From assembly GCA_002269645.1 (NCBI GenBank), contig NIVC01000152.1:496001-560000 (forward strand): a stretch of DNA of 64,000 nucleotides. The letters are read 5' to 3'. This DNA is from Macrostomum lignano. Taxonomy: Eukaryota. The translations under genes and the position numbers were made by a program. Positions 38,090-51,287 of this stretch are shown piece by piece (within the stretch, counting starts at the first letter, position 1; each line of letters opens with the position of its first letter). The notes beneath the pieces are model-generated. The model saw only the letters and a program-made list of their open reading frames with translations, had not been told where the DNA came from and did no database searches.

Positions 38090-40430
38090 CAGGGGGCTTC
38101 AGGGCGATTCTTGGGGAGGATTCAGGGCGATTCTGGGGAGGGTTCAGAGAGATTCTTGGGGAGGATTCAGGACGATTCTGGGGAGGGTTCAGGGCGATTC
38201 TTGGGGAGGATTCGGGGCGATTCTGGGGAGGATTCAGGGCGATTTATTGGGAGGGTTCAGGGCGATTCTTGGGGAGGATTCAGGGCGATTCTGGGGAGGG
38301 TTTAGGGCGATTCTGGGGAGGGTTCAGGGCGATTCTTGGGGAGGATTCAGGGCGATTCTGGGGAGGGTTCAGGGCGATTCTGGGGAGGATTCGGGGCGAT
38401 TCTGGGGAGGGTTCAGGGCGATTCTTGGGGAGGATTCAGGGCGATTCTGGGGAGGGTTCAGGGCGATTCTGGGGAGGGTTCAGGGCGATTCTTGGGGAGG
38501 ATTCAGGGCGATTCTGGGGAGGGTTCAGGGCGATTCTGGGGAGGGTTCAGGGCGATTCTTGGGGAGGATTCAGGGCGATTCTGTGGAGGGTTCAGGGCGA
38601 TTCTTGGGGAGGATTCAGGGCGATTCTGGGGAGGGTTCAGGGCGATTCTGGGGAGGGTTCAGGGCGATTCTTGGGGAGGATTCAGGGCGATTCTGGGGAG
38701 GGTTCAGGGCGATTCTGGGGAGGGTTCAGGGCGATTATTGGGGAGGATTCAGGGCGATTCTGGGGAGGGTTCAGGGCGATTCTGGGGAGGGTTCAGGGCG
38801 ATTCTTGGGAGGGTTCAGGGCGATTCTTGGGGAGGATTCAGGGCGATTCTGGGGAGGATTCGGGGCGATTCTGGGGAGGGTTCAGAGCGATTCTTGGGGA
38901 GGATTCAGGGCGATTCTGGGGAGGGTTCAGGGCGATTCTGGGGAGGGTTCAGGGCGATTCTTGGGAGGGTTCAGGGCGATTCTTGGGGAGGATTTAGGGC
39001 GATTCTGGGGAGGATTCGGGGCGATTCTGGGGAGGGTTCAGGGCGATTCTTGGGGAGGATTCAGGGCGATTCTGGGGAGGGTTCAGGGCGATTCTGGCGA
39101 GGGTTCAGGGCGATTCTTGGGGAGGATTCAGGGCGATTCTGGGGAGGGTTCAGGGCGATTCTGGGGAGGGTTCAGGGCGATTCTTGGGGACGATTCAGGG
39201 CGATTCTGGGGAGGGTTCAGGGCGATTCTGGGGAGGGTTCAGGGCGATTCTTGGGAGGGTTCAGGGCGATTCTTGGGGAGGATTCAGGGCGATTCTGGGG
39301 AGGATTCGGGGCGATTCTGGGGAGGGTTCAGGGCGATTCTTGGGGAGGGTTCAGGGCGATTCTTGGGGAGGATTCAGGGCGATTCTGGGGAGGATTCAGG
39401 GCGATTCTTGGGGAGGTTTCATGGTGACTTTTAGGGAGGATTCAGGGCGATTCTTCGGGAGGATTCAGGGCGATTCTGGGGAGGGTTCAGGGCGATTCTT
39501 GAGGAGGATTCGGGGCGATTCTGGGGAGGATTCAGGGCGATTCTTGGGAGGGTTCAGGGCGATTCTGGGGAGGATTCAGAGAGATTCTTGGGGAGGATTC
39601 AGGGAGATTCTTGGGGAGGATTCAGAGAGATTCTTGGGGAGGATTCAGAGAGATTCTTGGGGAGGATTCAGGACGATTCTTGGGGATGATTCAGGACGAT
39701 TCTTGGGGAGGATTCAGAGAGATTCTTGGGGAGGATTCAGGACGATTCTTGGGGAGGATTCAGGACGATTCTTGGAGAGGTTTCATGGTGACTTTTAGGG
39801 AGGATTCAGGGCGATTCTTCGGGAGGTTTCAGGGCGATTTTTAGTGAGGTTTCAGAGCGACTTTTGGGGAAGATTCAGGGCGATTCTTGGGGAGGATTCG
39901 GGGCTATTCTTGGGGAAGATTCAGGGCGATTCTTGGGGAGGATTCAGGGCGATTCTTGGGGAGGATTCAGGGCGATTCTGGGGAGGATTCAAGGAGATTC
40001 TTGGGGAGGATTCAGAGAGATTCTTGGGGAGGATTCAGGGAGATTCTTGGGGATGATTCAGGACGATTCTTGGGGAGGATTCAGAGAGATTCTTGGGGAG
40101 GATTCAGGACGATTCTTGGGGAGGATTCAGAGAGATTCTTGGGGAGGATTCAGAGAGATTCTTGGGGAGGATTCAGGACGATTCTTGGGGAGGATTCAGG
40201 ACGATTCTTGGGGAGGATTCAGGACGATTCTTGGGGAGGATTCAGGACGATTTTTGGAGGATTCTGGGCGATTTTAGAGAATTTGGGGTGATGCTTAAAG
40301 AGGATTCAGAGGGATTCTCAAAGAGATATCAGGGCGATATTTAGCAGGATTTGAGGAAATTTTTGAGAAGGATTTAGGGTAATTCTTGAGAGGAATTCAG
40401 AGCGGTTTTTTAGGATTCAGGGCGATTTTC
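38090..40430. repeat. 22/23-bp G-rich minisatellite (GGGCGATTCT(T)GGGGAGGRTTCA)
   Basis: About 100 copies over 2.3 kb. Confidence 0.97.
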
Positions 40431-40859
40431 GGAGAGTAACGAAACGTGTTTTTGATGGCAAATCATGAAGCAGTGCTTTCAAAAATGCAGACTGCTTCTG
40501 AGAACACAGGAGTGGTTAATGAAGTTAATGAATTGTGCACTACAAGCCCAAAACTCGTGCGCTTGAGCGAAACTCTGCAACGAGTAAAACACAGGCCTTA
40601 CAGAGCAGTCCCAAAATCTCCATAATTAATTCAACTACCCGTCTTGAAAGCAGGATAGCCAGTTGTTACACAGTGCGTGACCCGAACGCGCCACACAAGT
40701 CTAAAGCTAGTTTAATTCCACCAGTGGCTAGGTTTGGCGAAATTGGTGTTTCTCGTTACCCTGCATCTATATACTACTTAACTATATTTGCATATTCTAA
40801 AACTCGTTTAGCCTGCCTAGTACAACAAAACTATTAGATTTACCGGAATGAAACTCCTG

Positions 40860-41245
40860 AAAATCCAGCACCCGATTATATACCCAAGAGCAGCACCAGC
40901 ACCCCATTATATACCCCAGAGCAGCACCAACACCCCATTATATACCCACAGAGCAGCACCAACACCCCATTATATACCCCAGAGCAGCACCAACACCCCA
41001 TTATATACCCCAGAGCAGCACCAGCACCCCATTATATACCCCAGAGCAGCACCAGCACCCCATTATATACCCCAGAGCAGCACCAACACCCCATTATATA
41101 CCCCAGAGCAGCACCAGCACCCGATTATATACCCTCAGAGCAGCACCAACACCCCATTATATACCCCAGAGCAGCACCAACACCCCATTATATACCCCAG
41201 AGCAGCACCAACACCCCATTATATACCCCAGAGCAGCACCAACAC
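40860..41245. repeat. 31-bp minisatellite (CCCCATTATATACCCCAGAGCAGCACCAACA)
   Basis: Direct reading. Confidence 0.95.
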
Positions 41246-42159
41246 AAAACCACTCTAAAGCACTTTAATAACCAGAAAAAGCGAACTCACGGAGATCTTG
41301 CGACGCCTTGAATTCCAAACAAGAGCGCACAGCTGAGCAGAGCTGATGAGGAGAAACTACACCAGACACACACAGAGCTTGGATTCGATCACTGAGCAGC
41401 CAGTTATCCCATCTAACAGGGAGGGGGAACTGCTCAAACCCGTCATCCCCTAACCGGGTTTGCAACCTCAAACAGCCAATTGCTGCTGGGGCCGAAAAGT
41501 TTTCAGCTGCCCTCCCCCCTGACCTGGCCACCCCAACCCCGCTTCCATGTCGGAGGCCGCGGCAGCTTGCCACTTATTCACTTCCTATGCCGATCTTCGA
41601 GTGTCCAAGATCACGCACAGAGAGGCCTTGTACACACTGGCGTGCGCCCTCGCGCTTTTAGCCTCATCAGCTGTAGTTTGGTTGGTGGGCACCGGCCGAG
41701 GGCCCCAAGAGAATTTCAGCACACTTATTGTTAATAGAGTTAGATGGAGCAGTAGTTTAGAGTATGCATATATGATTTGCTGTTTATAACTCACTCTGCC
41801 ACTTATCCAGCAGTCCCGTACTTTATATTTCCCATTTCCCCCCAGGGAGGTCACCAAGGGTCGGCGGCAGAGGCCGCCTGTTCAATCAACGAACGGATCC
41901 GGAGCAATCAGACTTAACTACGGATGTTAAATAAAAACTTGAGGCAGAGATCTGACTAGAGATAATGGGGAAAGCCTAAGGGAATAGGAATGGTTAGACT
42001 GGGTCCATTATTTTAGTTTTAGAGCAATAATTTGCATATAGAGATAAAAAACGCGATCTACTACTGTCATGTGATGAACAGTAGTGTCGACTGCTTTTCA
42101 ACTGTTAAAAAAAGCTACGCAAATACTCGCACTTCAATGCTACATGTACGAGTACGGTA

Positions 42160-42740
42160 ATTAGATGACCGAGGAACAGTGGGTCATTTGATGACTGAGG
42201 GACAGCGGGTAATTAGATGACTGAGGGACAGTGGATCATTTGATGACTGAGACGGTATTTCATTTGATGACTGAGAGACAGTGGGTCATTTGATGACTGA
42301 GGGACAGCGGGTCATTTGATGACTGAGAGACAGTGGGTAATTAGATGACTGAGGGACAGCGGGTAATTAGATTACTTCTGAGGGACAGCGGGTCATTTGA
42401 TGACTGAGAGACAGTGGATAATTAGATAACTGAGGGACAGCGGGTCATTTGATGACTGAGAGACAGTGGGTCATTTGATGACTGAGAGACAGCGGGTCAT
42501 TTGATGACTGAGGGACAGTGGGTCATTTGATGACTGAGGGACAGCGGGTAATTAGATGACTGAGGGACAGCGGGTAATTAGATTACTTCTGAGGGACAGC
42601 GGGTCATTTGATGACTGAGAGACAGTGGGTCATTTGATGACTGAGGGACAGTGGGTCATTTGATGACTGAGGGACAGCGAGTCATTTGATGACTGAGGGA
42701 CAGCGGGTCATTTGATGACTGAGAGACAGCGGGTCATTCA
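42160..42740. repeat. 26-bp minisatellite (GGTCATTTGATGACTGAGGGACAGCG)
   Basis: Direct reading. GTCAT-ttg-ATGAC inverted repeat. Confidence 0.95.
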
Positions 42741-42822
42741 GTGGGTCAACATGGATGACTCATTGGTGATGAAGATGAGAGGCGGATACGGGACTCGGGC
42801 AGAGATGAACTGAGATTCTCAC

Positions 42823-42996
42823 CCTGAGATGCGGCCCGTTGAGCAGCTGGCGCAGCTGCAGGCAGTCTGCTACATAATCTTTGTCGTGGCACTCGGCCAG
42901 GCAGTCCAGGGCGTCTTGAGTTCGCGACACAGCGTCCGCCGGTATCTGGCCGCGTATGCTGGCGCCCAGGTTTCTGCTGTTGATCTGGTCGTAGAG
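42823..42996 (-). CDS. CASK: CASK exon, L27-1 end and L27-2 start
   Basis: tgtcAG|CTC TAC GAC...CTC AGG|GTGAGA, 174 nt, phase 0-0. LYDQINSRNLGASIRGQIPADAVSRTQDALDCLAECHDKDYVADCLQLRQLLNGPHLR resembles CASK LYDKINTK...PSDAVQRAKEVLEEI...LKRILTQPHFM. Confidence 0.92.
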
Positions 42997-43229
42997 CTGA
43001 CAGGCGTTGGGGGGGGGGGGGTGGCGGCTGTGTTTTAAAAGCACCATAGGAGATACGAGCGAGTATTGAAATATTCCAAAATTAAAGTTGACGAGCAAGC
43101 GAGCAGACAAATATAATCGAGCTATGACTAATTTGAGTTCAGTTTCAGGTCATGAATCAATTCATGCAGTTCACGTTAACGATAGTTATTTTAGCTATTA
43201 AATCAATTAAGTTTAAGCCAGTTCAGTTG

Positions 43230-43850
43230 AGATTCGTTAACTTCAGTTCATTTCATTTGTGTTCAGTTATTCCAGTTCATTCCATTTCAGTTCAGTTCAG
43301 TTCAGTTCAGTTCATTTCATTTTGAGTTCAGTTATTCCAGTTCAGTTCAGTTCAGTTCAGTTCAGTTCAGTTCAGTTCAGTTCAGTTAACTTCATTTCAT
43401 TTCATTTGAGTTCAGTTATTCCAGTTCAGTTCAGTTCAGTTCAGGTTAGCTCAGTTAACTTCAGTTCATTTCATTTGAGTTCAGTTATTCCAGTTCAGTT
43501 CAGTCCAGTTCAGTTCAGTTCAGTTCAGTTAACTTCAGTTCATTTCATTTGAGTTCAGTTATTCCAGTTCATTCCATTTCAGTTCAGTTCAGTTCAGTTC
43601 AGTTCAGTTCAGTTCATTTCATTTCATTTGAGTTCAGTTATTCCAGTTCAGTTCAGTTCAGTTCAGTTCAGTTCAGTTCAGTTAACTTCATTTCATTTCA
43701 TTTGAGTTCAGTTATTCCAGTTCAGTCCAGTTCAGTTCAGTTCAGTTCAGTTCAGTTCAGTTAACTTCATTTCATTTCATTTGAGTTCAGTTATTCCAGT
43801 TCAGTTCAGTTCAGTTCAGTTCCGTTCATTTCAGCTTAGCTCAGCTTTCT
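43230..43850. repeat. (TTCAG)n satellite with recurring higher-order interruptions
   Basis: Direct reading. Confidence 0.95.
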
Positions 43851-44639
43851 GTTCAGCCCATCACAGCTCACGAACGCAAAAGAATGAAAAATAGAAATAA
43901 AGAAATATAAGGGTACAATGCTGCGCATTCTCCCTCATTCCCGCATTCTGAACAAATCAAAGCAAGTCATATTTCAAGTCAAGCACTCGTGCTACTGGGT
44001 GCTAATCCAGCTGTATTTATTTATAAACTCAGCTGTGAATCTTAATAACAGAAAATATCTAAAACACACAAACACACGCGCAAAGATTGCATAACATAAA
44101 TCACTAACAAAACTGTCCAGTTGGACTGACAGGATCCAGTTAAAATACAGTTAGCTTAATTTATTATAAAACACCCAGGTCACTAGAATCCACCCCAAAC
44201 CCTAGCAGCGTACAGTTGCGCCCAGCCCTAACACCAATTTCAAGATATATTTGTTTGTTAGAAAACGCTAACTAATGATTAACGATTTCCTAAAGCTTGC
44301 TCTTCTCCGACTTGAGCCCTCGTGCCTGAGGGGAGGTCAAATTTTATTTGAGGAAAAAAACTTCCTCTAATGATGCTGAGCAAAAGACTGTTTGAGCAGT
44401 CAAAGTCCGTGACAGTCGGAGGCACCAGCGGAATAGGCCTCATTATCAGCAATAAAAAATCTCGTTTGCGAAAACTTTTTAATGACAAAGAAGAATTTGC
44501 TGTTCCTGAAGGCTTTCGAGTTTAAATTTTTTTTGCTGTTCAAAAGCCTCACTCAACGAATCAAAGAGTCGAGTTTGGTCAGGAGTGCCAAGATTGATGT
44601 CAGCAGCAATAAGATTGGTGTCAGGAGCACAAATATTGG

Positions 44640-45060
44640 TGTCAAGAGTGCCAAGATTGGTCGTCAGGAGTGCCAAGATTGGTTGTCAGGAGCACCAAGA
44701 TTGGTTGTCAGGAGCACCAAGATTGGTTGTCAGGAGCACCAAGATTGGTTGTCAGGAGTGGCAAGAATGGTGTCAGGAGCACCAAGTGTGGTGTCAGGAG
44801 CATCAAGATTGGTTATCAGGAGCACCAAGATTGGATGTCAGGAGCACCAAGATTGGTTATGAGGAGGAGCACCAAGATTGGTTATCAGGAGTGGCAAGAG
44901 TGGTGTCAGGAGCATCAAGATTGGATGTCAGGAGCACCAAGATTGGTTGTCAGGAGTGGCAAGAGTGGTGTCAGGAGCACCAAGTGTGGTGTCAGGAGCA
45001 TCAAGATTGGTGTCAGGAGTGCGAAGCAAGGTTGGTTGATGGGATTGCCAAGATTGGTTG
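44640..45060. repeat. 22-bp minisatellite (CAGGAGCACCAAGATTGGTTGT)
   Basis: Direct reading. Confidence 0.93.
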
Positions 45061-46654
45061 CCAGTGGCGCAGAAAGAGGCACCCAAAGCAAAATCTGGGC
45101 CTCAATGAGCTTAAATCTTTGAGCCGCTGAGGGGGCCTTAGATTTGATATGATTTATATCCATTTTTGCGCGCTCCGATGCGGACAAACATCCCACTAAT
45201 ATTTTCTATCATCGTCGGTTCGTTGAAAAACCGTCTTTCCCAAACGATATCGTTTCCATAGCAACGAATAAAAAGTACGCGCGCAAGCACAGAAGCGTAT
45301 GGGAGAAGCCTAGGAAATCCAGTATCTGGTGGCATCGAATCGCGTGACACTCAGCTTCTGAAAACTATAAAGTTATCTACATCACAAAACTACCCCCGCT
45401 CCAAAATCCCATAAATTAGCGAATTTTTTCAGCATCAAGATAATCTGAGCCAATCCGATAAGTCGCATTTATTAGCAAAGCTTTTTTGCACACATTGCAA
45501 AACAAAAATTGATTTCTTTCTCCCCGATCTGCTTGCCGTCCGTTTTTTTTTGAGTAGCCAGCACGCCACGCGTCCAATTGATGATGAAGAAGGAGTGTAG
45601 AGAAGTCGATTTAAAACACGCAATGCAGCTCAATATGCCGGATGCTTGAAGAAGTTTTTGCTCGGACTTCTATGCTGGGCAAAATATAATAATAATAATA
45701 ATAATTATTATTATTATCAGTATTATATTAGTGCTAAGCTCCCGTCGTGAGCTGGGAACTATTCGTGCTTGATTAGAATCCCTCTTTGTGACCACACCAG
45801 CGCATCTCTCCTCTCTCCAGTTTAGGCGCAGTTATTAAAAGAAGATTGCAAAGACAGAGTCGCCAGTCAGTTTCATTCGGGGCTGGGAAATATGAAGGCG
45901 GGAAGCAATGGGAATTGAAGGTCAACGCTAGTTTAACACGCGGGGCCGATGCTTGGGCGGCGCTGGTTTTCAAACCGAACCCAAGCCCAATGAGCCCTCT
46001 GGGAATTGAAGCTGGGAAGCTGGGAAAAATAGACAGAGATGAGGGGGGCAGAGGGGCAAATTATGAGACTCTCATAATTCATTAGCTGGCAAAAAGGAAA
46101 GGCAAAGAAGGGAAGCTACAAGAAGCAGTGGAAGGCTTGACCAGGTCGAGGACAGGGTCGGGAGGGAGAGCACAGCACATAAGAAGAGGAGGAGCTCTAA
46201 GAGGGCAGGGGAGAGCGCTGAGGTGGGCACTGGGAGACAATTTTGGGCTGTCCTGGCAGCAGCATTTCAAATTCCAATCCGCTGCAGAGCATCTCTCCTT
46301 CTTTCCACTCCCCTCTGCAGTGCCCCTTCTCGGTTCTGCACCCTCCGCAAGGAGCCCCGCCACCATCAGCGCACGCTCGTTTGCTCGCTCGCTCGCCAAA
46401 AAAAGAACTCGTCGCCTCTTCTAGCGGCGCCGAGCTCCCCAAAGTCCCAGCTAATTAGGGGCGGATGGGGAGGTGAGGAGAGAGAGGGCTGGGTGGCAGG
46501 AGAGGCAGCAGAGGTTGGCCGTGTACTTGAGCTGATTACAGCGAGTTCCTTTAGACTAATAATACTCTGATTTCCCAGTAGTCTCTAACTCTACCCACCG
46601 CGGTTGACCCACCGCTTGGTCGGGTATCTCATCATAGTCAGTTATATTCCTGTC

Positions 46655-47170
46655 AGATCCCTACATTTGAAGATCCCAGATCCCTAAAACTAATGAGCTC
46701 AGATCCCTACATCTGAAGATCCCAGATCCCTAAAACTAATGAGCTCAGATCCCTACATCTGAAGATCCCAGATCCCTAAAACTAATGAGCTCAGATCCCT
46801 ACATCTGAAGATCCCAGATCCCTAAAACTAATGATCTCAGATCCCTACATCTGAAGATCCCAGATCCCTAAAACTAATGATCTCAGATCCATACATCTGA
46901 AGATCCCAGATTCCTACAACTAAAGACCACAGATGCCTACATCTGAAGATCCCATATCCCTACAACTAAAGATCCCAGATCCCTACAACTAATGAGCCCA
47001 GATCCCTAAAACTAAATATCCCAGATCCCTACAACTAATGAGCCCATATACCTGAAAATAAAGATCCCATATCCCTAAAACTAAATATCCCAGATGCCTA
47101 CAACTAATTAGCCCTGATACCTGAAAATAAAGATTCCAGATACCTTCAACTAAAGATCCCAGATCCCTTC
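46655..47170. repeat. ~46-bp composite repeat built on CAGATCCC
   Basis: Direct reading. It degenerates to the right. Confidence 0.9.
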
Positions 47171-47646
47171 AAGACAATAAATGGCGTTATTTATTATTCA
47201 TCGAGACATAGAAAGACTTTAGAGGAGAATTTGAACTGGAAAAGCAAACAGCGCTGCAGCTGCAGCAGGTGACTGTAAGCAAACAAGACAGGGAATCCCA
47301 CTTCCCAATCCAAATTAGCACCATCCCTTCAAAAAGTGAAATGAAAAATGTCGAGAAGAACACTAAGACGAACCAAAGAAAAAAGGCAAACAGTGGACGA
47401 TGCAAGGATGCGCGAGTAAAGCAAGGAAATAGGATATAGGAAGGGCATATCCAGTGCAGACAGTCAATGGGCTGGACCGGGTAATCAACGTTTCTCCCTG
47501 GAGGTTTCGGTTTTTTTACGGAACTCTTCACTTCAGGTCTGGTCCTCTACACCTCTCTGCAATTTGTCTCAAGCAAATATAATAGACAAGCGGCACTTAC
47601 TGTTGAATATGATTAAAAAGATAAATATGAATATGCTGTGGGCACC

Positions 47647-47885
47647 ATGGCGCAACCAAGTGGTCTAGCGCGGCGCTTTAATGTGCCAGCGGCCCAGGCT
47701 CGATTCTAAGTGCAGTCGCATTGATTTAGGGCTAAATATTTCTATTACATACACATATGGTACATTCACGCCCTCGAAGGTCAACCTCCAAAGCACAGAG
47801 AGAGTGCCTGACTAGGAGACAGTCAGGGCCGCTGTAAACCCTGTGTGAGCGTGCGTGCTCAGGGGTCAGTGTGGCATATCTACAA
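47647..47885 (+). mobile_element. Second SINE family, diverged copy
   Basis: A/B-box head followed by a body alignable by eye to the reverse complement of copy 1 (GGCCGCTGT...CCTGTGTG...TGCTCAGGGG). Confidence 0.7.
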
Positions 47886-48334
47886 TTTTTCCTTCTCTCC
47901 AACTCCGAGTCGATTTGCGGCGGCTTTGAAAAATACGATCCCCTTTTCTCACTGTGCGACAAACTAACCGACTGAATAAGTAACTATTCGAACTTCAAAC
48001 TGCCACTAAGAGATTAAACATCACAGGCTGAGGGGCCAACACAATATGAGTCATCAATCATTATAGGATTACAGAGGCGACTGTGATTGCAATAGAAGGA
48101 TCGCGTGTGTAGCAGCTGACTTTGATGAAGTAGCAGCTATAGCATTGGGGCTATTGGCCTGCCTAAGTTAACACAGCCGCCTATCGATAATAGTATAGAA
48201 TTATCGCTGTGTAATTACAAGCTTGCACTCAATTACATGTAGGGAGCGCCTCTGTGCCTGCCACTCTGAGCAATGTAGAGTTTATATGAAAATATAGTGG
48301 GATTATGGAATTGATTATCAATATACGGTAACCT

Positions 48335-50740
48335 ATGGGATTATGAACTGAACCGATTGGGATTATGAACTGTACCGATTGGGATTGTGAATTGAACCGA
48401 TTGGGATTATGAACTGAACCGATTGGGATTATGAATGGAACCGATTGGGATTATGAATGGAACCGATTGGGATTATGAATAGAACCGATTTTGGGATTAT
48501 GAATGGAACCGATTGGGATTATGAATGGAACCGATTTTGGGATTATGAATAGAACCGATTGGGATTGTGAATGGAACTGATTGGGATTAAGAATAGAACC
48601 GATTGGGATCATGAATGGAACCGATTGGGATTAAGAATAGAACCGATTGGGATTATGAATAGAACCGATTGGGATTGTGAATAGAACCGATTGGGATTGT
48701 GAATGGAACCGATTGGGATTATGAATGGAACCGATTGGGATTGTGAATGGAACCGATTGGGATTGTGAATAGAACCGATTTTGGGATTATGAATGGAACC
48801 GATTGGGATTGTGAATTGAACCGATTGGGATTGTGAATTGAACCGATTGGGATTATGAATGGAACCGATTGGGATTATGAATAGAACCGATTTTGGGATT
48901 ATGAATGGAACCGATTGGGATTGTGAATTGAACCGATTGGGATTGTGAATTGAACCGATTGGGATTATGAATGGAACCGATTGGGATTAAGAATACAACC
49001 GATTGGGGTTATGAATACATGTAGAAACGATTGGGATTATGAATTGAACCGATTGGGATTATGAATGGAACCGATTGGGATCATGAATGGAACCGATTAG
49101 GATTATGAATAGAACCGATTGGGATTATGAATTGAACCGATTGGGATTAAGAATTGAAACGATTAGGATTATGAATGGAACCGATTGGGATCATAAATGG
49201 AACCGATTAGGATTATGAATAGAACCGATTAGGATTATGAATAGAACCGATTAGGATTATGAATAGAACCGATTGGGATTAAGAATTGAACCGATTAGGA
49301 TTATGAATGGAACCGATTGGGATCATAAATGGAACCGATTAGGATTATGAATGGAACCGATTGGGATTATGAATAGAACCGATTAGGATTATGAATAGAA
49401 CCGATTAGGATTATGAATGGAACCGATTGGGATTATGAACTGAACCGATTGGGATTATGAATGGAACCGATTGGGATTATGAATGGAACCGATTGGGATT
49501 ATGAATAGAACCGATTTTGGGATTATGAATGGAACCGATTGGGATTATGAATGGAACCGATTTTGGGATTATGAATAGAACCGATTGGGATTGTGAATGG
49601 AACTGATTGGGATTAAGAATAGAACCGATTGGGATCATGAATGGAACCGATTGGGATTAAGAATAGAACCGATTGGGATTATGAATAGAACCGATTGGGA
49701 TTGTGAATAGAACCGATTGGGATTGTGAATGGAACCGATTGGGATTATGAATGGAACCGATTGGGATTGTGAATGGAACCGATTGGGATTGTGAATTGAA
49801 CCGATTGGGATTATGAATGGAACCGATTGGGATTAAGAATACAACCGATTGGGGTTATGAATACATGTAGAAACGATTGGGATTATGAATTGAACCGATT
49901 GGGATTATGAATGGAACCGATTGGGATCATGAATGGAACCGATTAGGATTATGAATAGAACCGATTGGGATTATGAATTGAACCGATTGGGATTAAGAAT
50001 TGAAACGATTAGGATTATGAATGGAACCGATTGGGATCATAAATGGAACCGATTAGGATTATGAATAGAACCGATTGGGATTATGAATAGAACCGATTAG
50101 GATTATGAATAGAACCGATTGGGATTAAGAATTGAACCGATTAGGATTATGAATGGAACCGATTGGGATCATAAATGGAACCGATTAGGATTATGAATGG
50201 AACCGATTGGGATTATGAATAGAACCGATTAGGATTATGAATAGAACCGATTAGGATTATGAATAGAACCGATTGGGATTATGAATGGAACCGATTAGGA
50301 TTATGAATTGAAACGATTGGGATTATAAATAGAACCGATTGGGATCATAAATGGAACCGATTAGGATTATGAATAGAACCGATTGGGATTATGAATAGAA
50401 CCGATTAGGATTATGAATAGAACCGATTGGGATTAAGAATTGAACCGATTAGGATTATGAATGGAACCGATTGGGATCATAAATGGAACCGATTAGGATT
50501 ATGAATGGAACCGATTGGGATTATGAATAGAACCGATTAGGATTATGAATAGAACCGATTGGGATTATGAATAGAACCGATTAGGATTATGAATAGAACC
50601 AATTGGGATTATGAATGGAACCGATTAGGATTATGAATTGAAACGATTGGGATTATGAAATGAACGGATTAGGATTATGAATTGAACCGATTGGAATCAT
50701 AAATGGAACCGATTGGGATTATAAATAGAAACGATTGGGA
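48335..50740. repeat. 22-bp minisatellite (AACCGATTGGGATTATGAATRG) with ~1-kb internal duplication
   Basis: About 110 copies. Confidence 0.98.
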
Positions 50741-51287
50741 CTATGCATAGAACTGGTGAATTATAAAAAAATGATGAGGTTATACATGTAAATACAGCCT
50801 ATAAAGTTGAGAAGAGAACAAAAATGACGGTGAAAAAAACTGGTTGATCCGCCGGTTGGGACAAGAGAACAAAGGAAGTGAGAACTGCCAAAGCATAGAG
50901 CAGAGAGCTGTGAGCAACAGGACTCAGTAAACGCCCGCGTACACTCTCAACACTGGCGCCTCCACGGGTGGTCGGCAAGGCCACCTAAGCGCTGCCGGAT
51001 TCTTGAGAAGTTAAGAACAAATATTGACTACTGTGGCAATAGCGGCAGCATCGTACAACATTCCGGCGGCCCGTTCACACTAAGGACCAAGTCATTCTCA
51101 ATGGGCTAAGCTGCCTCAGCCTCCAGCTCTTGCATCACATATTGCAATACTGGTTTCTGCGGAAGCTGATTCAAGTCTTTTTGTCTCATAAAGAGAGAGA
51201 GAGAGATTTTTAAGGGCGGAATCAAACCCTACAATGTACTGTCAAGTCCTCAAGTCACACTGAAGAGTCACACTAGCAACATTAAAA

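Noticed and set aside
41291-41412. Possible poison or cassette exon in the CASK intron (ccctgttAG...TCC|GTGAGT)
   Set aside because: The splice signals are plausible, but there is no homology or coding-like composition and several alternative acceptors exist. It cannot be supported without RNA data.
41340-41675. Hammerhead-like CTGATGA cores (41343 on +, ~41665 on -)
   Set aside because: One has GAAA but no stem II or stem III/NUH site. The other has a stem II-like hairpin but lacks GAAA.
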